From Ionaspis alba (Eukaryota): a stretch of DNA of 33,785 bases. The notes beneath the pieces are model-generated. The model was not told the origin of the DNA and did no database searches. It saw only the letters and a program-made list of their open reading frames with translations. Location: NCBI GenBank assembly GCA_964255285.1, contig CAXUUL010000091.1:1-33785 (forward strand). The letters run 5' to 3'. Position numbers and translations under genes: made by a program. Below, one piece after another: positions 11,281 through 20,051 of the stretch (its first letter is position 1; each line of letters begins with the position of its first letter).

Positions 11281-12433
11281 AGCGGTAGTCCAAACAATCA
11301 TGGGAGACCAATGCACGCTGTCGTTACCTGAAAGCCCTTCTGGGGCTGAAGAATGTGGAGGTAAGTCAGCTCGTCGTGGCATTGCGCCTCGGGCTGGAGC
11401 GCCCCCATCACTCCATCAAATCAGACAACCCCACTGGTTTCTCTGGCTGGCACTAACTTGCATGCCAATGACGGGAACGGAAGCATGTCCTTAGTCGCCG
11501 TGGTCAGCTTTCACAAGCAAGCTGTCTACCTCGTCCATCGAGCGACGAGTACTGTAGACCAGGTGAAAGATATGGCGAACCGTCGGGCATGAGGCAGATT
11601 GTAGGAGGAGCAGGCAGACAAAAGTCCTGAGGCAGACTTCAATGCAGACACGGAGCTGATCAGAGTAAACTGACCAGGCAAATGGCTCGAAAGTGCTTTT
11701 CGTCCACCGTGACGCCAACCAAGCCGAGTCAGCGCCAGCCAACCGTCGTGTAGAATCATACCTGTAGATAGTGGAAGCTGGTCTGCAGCAGCCACCGGAG
11801 AAGTATCCACTTTGTATCCGCCAAGGCTCCGACCACAACCGCCATCTCTCAGCGGAGACACCGTCGTTCTGTTTGTGCTACCCGACGACGAGGAGCCTGG
11901 ACCAGGATAATGGGTATTGTGTTTCTTTCTTTTCAGTGGCCGCCTGTTTCCAGATCTCCCCGTCGTTATCGACCGGCTGTCAACGGGTGGGGGTGTCATC
12001 CGCTATTCCTTCGTCCTTATTTGATCAGCACTACGGTACGGTCCAGGCATGGTATCCAGGGGTAGAGCAACGAGGCAACTGCAGGCTGCTCTGTCTTGGT
12101 AGAAGGAGGATTCAGGCCATGATCAGACCAAGGCAGCTATGACTTCAGCCTCCTCTGCCTAAGTAAAAACATGTGAAGCTATATAGAAACCATCGATATT
12201 GTACCGAAATTGTTCTTTTTACGTGTTTATGTTGCTCAGTTGAACGATTTTCCTTCAGAACCCGACCGTACGGGTCCCCTGCAAGCCAAGCGTATCTTCA
12301 CGGGAGAGCAACATTCGAGCAGAATGGAGGTTACTACAACCAGATTGCGTTGACGTCACAAGATAAGTACAAATTATTGGGGGTGGCTATGTGGGAACTT
12401 TTAAGCGCTCAGTTGGCTGCATGATCTTGGTGG

Positions 12434-12643
12434 TGCAACACCATTAATTCCTCGACTAGCCTGCAGCTACACTGCCTGAGGGCACTGGNNNNNNNNNNNN
12501 NNNNNNNNNNNNNNNNNNNNNNNNNNNNNNNNNNNNNNNNNNNNNNNNNNNNNNNNNNNNNNNNNNNNNNNNNNNNNNNNNNNNNNNNTGCAACACCATT
12601 AATTCCTCGACTAGCCTGCAGCTACACTGCCTGAGGGCACTGG
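12434..12643. other. Scaffold gap (100 N, 12489-12588) with a 55-bp duplicated flank; assembly overlap
   Basis: 12434-12488 is identical to 12589-12643. Confidence 0.9.
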
Positions 12644-12936
12644 AAGTGCTCGGCCATGCAGACGAAGGAAGAAGGCAGCACTAAGCGATTGCGGCTGGCT
12701 GGAGGAGAACGACTCCAAATCTCACCACCTGAAACGAAAAAGCTATTATATGCTCGTGAAAGTCTGTAGAAGTATTGAAGACTCATTGTCTATATCGCCG
12801 ATATACAGGGAAGATATGGCGGAATGCTAAAACTACAGCGCTCTAACATCCATGAATCTCACACCGCCCAATGCCAACTCTCCCACTTCCTTGTACGTCG
12901 CAGCTAGAATGATGTTCAAACCCTGAAAAAACCGCA

Positions 12937-15233
12937 TCACTGAGCAGTCAATTCAGCTATCCTCCGCTCGATTTCCGGTACAGCTCGAAGCTGCAGCTCA
13001 AGCTCTTCTTTTTCGCTACCAAAACAGTCAGTATCAACATCCAAAAGCAAGACTCAGAGTAAAGACGTACTCTTCCAATTCCAACCTCCTCTCCGCATCC
13101 AGCTTCGTGAAAATATAACCCCCCTGTCCATCAAACTGCAAAATATGCCCATGATATTTCCACAAGCTCCGTCGATGACTGACTGTCATAAGAGTGATCC
13201 CAAGGGCTTTCGCGTTATCGTACATGGCCTTTTCGATCTCCAGCGTCACACTGCTCGTACATTCGTCCAGGATTGCATACTTGGGAGCGTGATAGAATAG
13301 TCGTGCCATGGCTACTCGCTGTTGCAGACCACCGGAGAGGACGTCCCTCCATTCTTCCTCTGCATCCCATCCTCCGACACGGTCGACGATATGCTCGATT
13401 TCTACTTTTCGTAGTATGGAAAGCAGATCAGCGTCGGAGACTTTCTTGTCTCGCATCTCTCGCAGCGAATCCGGGTATATGATTTGCTGGCGAAGTGTGC
13501 CACATGAAAGGTAGGGTCTTTGGGGAATGTAGAAGATGTCTGAGAATGGAGGTTTCTTCACTGTGCCGCCATAGATTGGCCAAAGTCCACCAAGGATCCG
13601 GAAGAGCGAGGATTTGCCACATCCATTGGGGCCGACGATGAGTAGATGTTCGCCGCGCTTGACAGTGAAATTGAGTTCTCGGACCAGAACATCGCCATTG
13701 GGTGAGACAATGGGCACATTGACAAATTCTATGTCGGGTGTCTCGATCACTTCGCCTCGACCTTGAAGAATCGCTGCATTTTCATCCGTACCAGCGGAGG
13801 ACACAAGCTTCTTCTCAAAATGACCTGCTTGGATATCGTCCATCACATCAAGGAGGGTGGAAACTCTCGAGGTGTACCCTGCGAGCTCGGTGATTTCCTT
13901 GTAGCTAAACATTACTCGGCCAAAGGCATCTGATGAGGAAAGAAGCATTCTTCGGTTCGTAACAAAGCCTAACTAGGGTCAGTCATGTCCTGTGCATCCA
14001 AAGACCTCTAAAACATACTTTCCGTCCGATCGCCCATGCCACGCAAGGTTTGACCAGGGATCTTGAAGAAAACAGGAACACTGCAAAGCATGAGGCCCAA
14101 TGCTCCCCAAAAGTATTTGATAACAAAATCCTCCATCAAAGCATGATAGAAACGCCTTCTCAATATCCGATTGACATGCTTGATCAACGTGAAATATCCC
14201 TTATCTAGTGTATCCTTTTCTGCCTCGTGTCCATGGTACAATGCTATTTCCTCGCTATTGTCAATCAACCGCGAATGCTGAAATCGGAACTCCCCCTCCA
14301 GTCGAGCTTCCTCGGCCACGTATTTTCCGAAAGGAGGTGTCAATGCCCGCATTACACTCGCTGAGAGCTGGACCAGCAGACTCATCATGAAAAGTCCTTC
14401 GCCTCCCACGGAGCGAGAAAGAGAGTAATTGTAGATTATCATATCGAGTATTGGTTTGGCGAGATTGGAGTATAACTCTGCAAGACTGTTGGAGAATCGG
14501 GAAACATCCACTGTGATTAATTGATCGGCATTCTTTATTCGATCATCCAGGGTCGAAAGGCTGTAGAAGGTCATATTCGAAAGGTATTTGGAGTGTATGT
14601 GATTGGTGAGACGAGTCCGGTATTGAAGAGAAAGCTTGCACTGGTGATACGAGAGCTATCATAGTTCATCAGTGAACACTGTCGACTCGACCCGCGATCC
14701 GAGGAGTTCGTTACCATTGAATTTGTAAAAGTAGCAGGAATTGCCACAACCATCCACCACACAATACCCAAGAGAAACTCCTTGCCCTTTCCCCGCACGA
14801 GACTGCTGACCAGCTTCCCATCAAGCTCAGCAACATAAAGACTGATCAACGTCCGTATGACCAGAAAAAAGCTGTGACTTATAACCAATCTCAACTCCTT
14901 ACTCTTCCACCCCGGTATCACGATTTTCAGAAGCCTCAACAAATTCCTGAAGAACTCCCTATTCAATTCTACTCTCTTCCTCGCCGTAGCCTCTCCCTCC
15001 GTCGAGCTCGTCCCAGGCCGCTGTCGTACCTGCGCCTGATGTATAGAAGCAGCTTTCTGCTCCGAGATGGCATTGCGGATGCGATTGATGAGGGCAACGA
15101 AGAGAGTGAGATAAACGGTCCGCGATATCTTGGTCCGATGCTTGAGGTAGAGATCTGTCAGGGCCGACACGAGCTGCTTGATGGACTTCTCCGAGGCCGG
15201 TGTTGGGAGCAGGAGCTTGGATTGGACTGCCAT
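12937..15233 (-). CDS. pxa2: Peroxisomal long-chain fatty acyl-CoA ABC half-transporter (ABCD, Pxa2-like), 4 exons, 710 aa
   Basis: Exons 15233-14715, 14655-14019, 13968-13071, 13015-12937 (2133 nt). EAA-like motif [10 protein letters not shown], Walker [10 protein letters not shown], signature [17 protein letters not shown] and Walker [11 protein letters not shown]. The QQR..MAR/DECTS pattern matches Pxa2 rather than Pxa1. Confidence 0.9.
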
Positions 15234-15394
15234 GATGCTCTGCGCATCGTGATCGATGATGAGTGGAGCTGAATTGCTTATTTGAGGAACGCTGCGGTGT
15301 CACTGTTCTGGCTGGCTGACATTATAGAAGACTTGGATGGGCAGGATCGTCCTAGATGGATGGTGAAGCTGTTTTGTGACATGTGAAACAAATG

Positions 15395-15400
15395 CCGAGG
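15395..15400. promoter_or_regulatory. CCGAGG, candidate FarA/FarB (fatty-acid-responsive Zn2Cys6 factor) site in the pxa2 promoter
   Basis: Exact CCGAGG about 160 bp upstream of the pxa2 ATG. This core is known from promoters of peroxisomal and beta-oxidation genes in filamentous ascomycetes. It is only a 6-mer and also occurs elsewhere in the window. Confidence 0.5.
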
Positions 15401-15444
15401 CGGAGAGCTTCTTGAGCTCCAGTTTGCCTTCTCATCTTCGCGAC

Positions 15445-15608
15445 TACAGGGTCACCCGTAGTAACCGAACGCACGTCAGATCGCGAACAAACCCCCTTAA
15501 ACGCCCTAACATCGGTCAACTAAATTGAAATTAAGGGGCAACACTTAGGTGGTCTAGTGAGTCTGTCCGCGATCTGACGTGCGTTCGTTTACTACGGGTG
15601 ACAGTCTA
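15445..15608. mobile_element. MITE-like foldback element (~160 bp, 39-bp TIRs, symmetric flanking TA)
   Basis: 15451-15489 gtcacccgtagtaaccgaacgcacgtcagatcgcgaaca is the reverse complement of 15564-15602, with 2 mismatches in 39. TA dinucleotides lie symmetrically 4 nt outside each arm (15445-15446, 15607-15608). Inner inverted repeat: ccccttaa (15493-15500) / ttaagggg (15531-15538). No coding capacity. Confidence 0.7.
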
Positions 15609-15794
15609 CGCCAGCCTCAATCAGAATCATAACTGCCATTATCTGGTGTGTATTTTTTCTTATCATTGGCTTCATGTCTCTTATAGAGGAAGCCAGATTT
15701 GAGGTTGATTTTGGGGTGGCTACATAATCTATATTTATACCACAGAAAGCTTGAGGTCCTCTTGAGGTACCAGGTCTATCACGATGAGGACTAA

Positions 15795-16739
15795 TTAAAG
15801 CTCTCCCAGGAAGCAAGAGTCGCGATCACTGTCATTACCGTTGTCCCAATTAGGTGGACGGGTTTCTGGATGCATGAAGGCATCCTCTGCTTCCTCATAA
15901 CGCTGCTCAAACTTGCTCAATGCCCTCCCAACGACACTTCGTAGCGGTTCTGAACGGCCGGCATTGCGAATCCTTATTCTACGAATGGAGTTTTCGAAAG
16001 TTTGGCGTACAAGAAGGACGTCTTCTTTGTCCTCGAGGTATTCGCGAACGCTTTGGGGGATGTTGTCGGCATTTACGGAAGCCGTAGACGGTGTAGAAGA
16101 CTCGTCAAGGTTGACGAACGAGGCGGACGTCGTGTGTTTATCTTCTAAGCACCTGAGACCCATAGCATGATGCTCGGGTCGAACTGACGTAGGAGTTAGT
16201 AGTGGGAGACCGCCTGAGTGTGGGATCTTGCCCGTGAGAGCATTGAGACTGTCTGAGACATGACTCTTCTTTAGATTTGCCATTCCCTGCACTCCCTGGA
16301 CCAGGTTATTGTCAGGCGCAGCGCTCTCTGCATTCACCGTCGAGTTCGAACGTGACTGCGAAGGTTTCGAATCATGACTGGTCTGGCTTGCACGTAGAGG
16401 AGAAGTGGTGCCGTTGCGTGCTTTCAATACCGCAACCGTCGATCTGATGTCGTTGAGAGTGATGGCATGAGTGGAGTGTGCCTTCTTATTGGAGCCCTGC
16501 GATTCTACACGACGTTGATGCTCCTTCAGAATTGCTTCTTGGGCCTTGACGCGATCACTCTCCAGGTCTGCAAGTTGTGCAAGCAAGCCGACGAAACACG
16601 TGCCCCTCGATTGAGCATCAAAGAGCTGACCACCAGTTTCTTGCACGGCATCGTAAGCTGACAAACCCCATTTCGTTCGAATTCGAGCTTCATAAGCCTC
16701 CAGCTTCTTGTCGTTACGGTCGCGACGAGGAGATGCCAT
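15795..16739 (-). CDS. Hypothetical/orphan protein, 314 aa, intronless; helical-looking N-terminal ~110 aa, S/T-rich disordered middle, short charged C-terminal region
   Basis: Uninterrupted 945-nt ATG-TAA ORF filling the space between arg8 and the MITE, with AT-rich 3' flank. No motif recognised. Confidence 0.65.
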   Translation of the reverse strand: MASPRRDRNDKKLEAYEARIRTKWGLSAYDAVQETGGQLFDAQSRGTCFVGLLAQLADLESDRVKAQEAILKEHQRRVESQGSNKKAHSTHAITLNDIRSTVAVLKARNGTTSPLRASQTSHDSKPSQSRSNSTVNAESAAPDNNLVQGVQGMANLKKSHVSDSLNALTGKIPHSGGLPLLTPTSVRPEHHAMGLRCLEDKHTTSASFVNLDESSTPSTASVNADNIPQSVREYLEDKEDVLLVRQTFENSIRRIRIRNAGRSEPLRSVVGRALSKFEQRYEEAEDAFMHPETRPPNWDNGNDSDRDSCFLGEL

Positions 16740-17109
16740 CGCCGAGCAGAAGGTTCAGTTATAATCAGGCTTTGGTGTCCAGAAAATGACCTGCTCGTCA
16801 GGTTTACTGAGATGGCACCACTTCGTAAACTAGAGAAGCTGATTTTGTCGAAGAAGATAGCACGGCCCCATGTAAAGAGTTTTGGTTTAGATGGACTGTT
16901 CCAAATTGTAAAAGTCGTTTGCTTGCAAAGCAACGGAGAACTTGAAGTATTGATAACCGAGATCAACAACCCTTAGCGTGTGGAAGCACCGCGATATGTC
17001 GTGTTTTGGCGATTACTAAGCCCAGCAGGTAAACATGGATATTGAACGAGCATCGATAGTCGCGAGCCAAAACAAAGGTAATGCTCAGTTACTGATAGAA
17101 TGCTAATCC

Positions 17110-18689
17110 TCACCGTCCTGGTGGAGCCATCTCCTGGTGACCCTTCGTGCCTGGTACATGCTCGTTCGTATTGAAGACAAACCTTATGGCTTCTTCGAGG
17201 ATCTTGAGACCTGCCTTGATCTCCTCATTACTAATAATCAAGGGAGGCACGAATCGCAGAGTGTTGGTTCCACCGGTAATAACAAGCAGACCTCTCTCGC
17301 GAGCAGCTGTTACTATGGGAGTGGGATCTTGATTCAGCTGAACTCCGAGGATGAGACCTCGTCCTCTAACCTCAGTGATCTGGTAGGGAAATAACGCCTG
17401 CAGTCTTGAAAAACCCCCGCGAAAGACCTTCTCCTTTTCCAAGACTCCTTGTTGAAGCTCCGGTTCTGACAATCGTGATACCATATAGTGTGCCAGGCGA
17501 CAAGCGAGGGGATTACCACCGAAAGTGGTTCCATGATCCCCCGTAACTATACATTCAGCAACCTCTTCCGAGACGATGGTGGCACCAATTGGAAATCCAT
17601 TGCCGAGTGCTTTGGCAGTCGTGAGAATATCTGGATGTGCCGAGGAAGGCAGATTCCCATGAGCCCATAGGGTTCCTGTACGAGATAATCCGCATTGTAT
17701 CTCGTCGAAGATAAGCACGGCACCGACTTCGTCGCATCGATTACGAAGAACTTGAAGAAACGAGTCGTTTGCCACTATGACACCACCCTCACCTTGAATT
17801 GGCTCGACGATAACACCACAAGTCTTTTCAGTGACGAGATTGTTGATACTGGCTTCGTCGTTGTAGGTTCCATACCTGAAGCCAGGGAGCATTGGTGCAA
17901 ATGGCTTCTGATATTTTGGATTCGGGGTGGCCGACAGCGAGCCCAGTGTCCTTCCGTGGAAGGAGTTATGGAACGATACCAGCTCGTGTTTCTCACCAGA
18001 AGGCTCTCTTATCTTACCTACCTTGCGTGCAAATTTAATAGCCGCTTCATTGGCTTCACTGCCCGAATTACAGACAAATACCTTGGAGGCTGATCTCATT
18101 GCTCCTGATTCTCGAGTCTTTGTAACCATCAATTTGGACAATTCTCCCGTCCATGCATTGTGGTAGAGATTCGATGCATGTACAAGAGTCCGAGCCTACA
18201 AAGGTTCAGCGAATTCCTTCCATTTCACTCATGTATGCTTACTTGTTGGGAGATCAACCTCGACATTCCTGGGTCACAGTGACCCAGAGCATTGACAGCA
18301 ATGCCAGCAGTGAAATCAAGATAGCGTCTGTTTTCCACGTCCCAGATGTAACAGCCTTCACCTTTGACCATCACTGGTGGCGGTCGTACATATGTTGCTA
18401 CCATGTAAGGCTTAAAGCCATCGACCATGGCTGCAGTTGCAGAATCGGACGGAGGGTCTGGCGAGGGTAGGGATGCTTCCCTCTGGAGACTTTGTCAGTA
18501 ACGTGAGATTCTGAGCTTGATGACTGAGGGGCATACGCTTATGTCGTAGTCAGGCCTTTCTGCGACACTGGAGGTTGGCACCGCCATTGCAGAGGCATTG
18601 CGTCTTTTTCTTTTTGCTTCCAGGAGAGGCAGGTAAGGTGCAGTCCCAACAGCGCCGACACGCTTCTGCACCACACGAAGTGCCATCAT
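17110..18689 (-). CDS. arg8: Acetylornithine aminotransferase, mitochondrial (class III PLP-dependent), 3 exons, ~492 aa
   Basis: Exons 18689-18537, 18482-18243, 18195-17110 (1479 nt). Motifs [66 protein letters not shown] (PLP Lys) and [10 protein letters not shown]. Arg-rich N-terminal presequence. Confidence 0.95.
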
Positions 18690-18931
18690 ACGAACAGAGT
18701 AAGGCAGAAATGAATATGCAACTCAATTGCTTATCAGAAGGATAATGCTGAGAACAGAGCGACAATAGAGTGTGACACATCATCTGGTGTTTAGGGCTTT
18801 TCTCTGTCACACAAGAATTGGGCCGGTGTCGGACCATTTAGCGCTCCTATTGCACAGTGACTTCATTGTGCTCCTCAATGCATCCACTCGAAACTTAACT
18901 TCTCAAAATTATAACCATCCTTCACATCACC
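18690..18931. promoter_or_regulatory. Short bidirectional promoter region shared by arg8 and sdh8
   Basis: Only 242 bp separate the two divergent start codons. Confidence 0.6.
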
Positions 18932-19429
18932 ATGAGTCTCCGCCCTCTTCTTCCTGTGCGGCGTATACTTACCTACCGCAACTTCTCTACTTCATCACAA
19001 TTGCAAGCACCACCGCCTTTCGCCACCGGACCCGCGCCGCCTCGGCTTCCAGAAGAGGAACAGAAACGTTACGAACAACTACAGCGCGCTTCTACGGGAG
19101 CTTTCAGCACTCCTAGGCCGACGATCGTGGTCAATCAGTCCTCGTCTTCCTCAACTCCGCAACAGTCTAGACCACAGATCAATCAATCCCCACATGCGGA
19201 GACCTCGTCACTTTCAGATGTAGACAAAGAGATTGCGGCAGTCAACGCAAGAGTGCAAGCTACTGGTAATGGGCAAGAATTACATCCTGACATTCGCAGA
19301 GGAGTGAAGCCGGAATTCGAGGGCGACAGAAATCCAAAGACCGGTGAAATCGGTGGTCCAAAGAATGAACCTTTACGATGGGGTAGTGGAGTTGATTGGA
19401 GCTACAACGGCAGAGTAACGGATTTCTGA
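18932..19429 (+). CDS. sdh8: Succinate dehydrogenase assembly factor 4 (Sdh8/SDHAF4, DUF1674), mitochondrial, 165 aa
   Basis: Presequence MSLRPLLPVRRILTYRNFSTS, then PPRLPEEEQ. C-terminal FEGDRNPKTGEIGGPKNEPLRWG...DWSYNGRVTDF is the DUF1674 signature. Confidence 0.92.
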   Translation: MSLRPLLPVRRILTYRNFSTSSQLQAPPPFATGPAPPRLPEEEQKRYEQLQRASTGAFSTPRPTIVVNQSSSSSTPQQSRPQINQSPHAETSSLSDVDKEIAAVNARVQATGNGQELHPDIRRGVKPEFEGDRNPKTGEIGGPKNEPLRWGSGVDWSYNGRVTDF

Positions 19430-19961
19430 TGGCAGGGTCGAGGTGTTATTACAGCGCCATTGAAGGGCGTTCGGAGTGTTTGACTCTTGAGCGCTGAGCA
19501 TAGCTGGCGTTAGACTTTCAGCATTGATCAAGAAGTAATCAGAGCTTGTTCTCGAGTCTGTAGCGTATTAACACTCTGGCACATATCTTTTAAATTGTTC
19601 TTAAGAACCTTCTCGGAGATATTGTATTCGGCGGGGGCTGGATAAGAGTGAAATGCAACAAGCTAGCATTTGGCTATAGTAGTACCTGTTCAACTAGCAG
19701 TAGCCATATTATTTACTCTTCCACAGCATTAGTGGTTGGTAGTTTCAGAAGTGTGTGTGTAAGCCCTAAGTAGTATCAGGATTTCTTAGTCGTGTTGTGA
19801 TCATTATTCCGATCCCCATTCGACCATGTTTGTGGCTTAGGCCGGAAAGCCTGGAAATCCACTGGCCGAGGAAGCGGGTTTCGGCAGTGAGAGAAGAAAA
19901 TTCCGCCACTGTATTTATGCATGACTTAAATGACAAGGATACTCTTTGTAACAAATTCCAG

Positions 19962-19968
19962 TGACTCA
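19962..19968 (+). promoter_or_regulatory. TGACTCA, Gcn4/CpcA (cross-pathway control) element upstream of tryptophan synthase
   Basis: Perfect TGACTCA about 85 bp upstream of the trp5 ATG, with a near-site ATGACTTA at 19921. Tryptophan synthase is an established target of general amino-acid control. Confidence 0.65.
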
Positions 19969-20051
19969 GGAACCATTTCTTTGTCCCGTCCAACCATTCG
20001 TCTCCCATACACTCAATTGATCATTTTTTTTCTAGAGTCGCTGCACTCGTC

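Noticed and set aside
12434..12643. 55-bp direct repeat around an N run
   Set aside because: Same assembly artefact as at 6759-6968.
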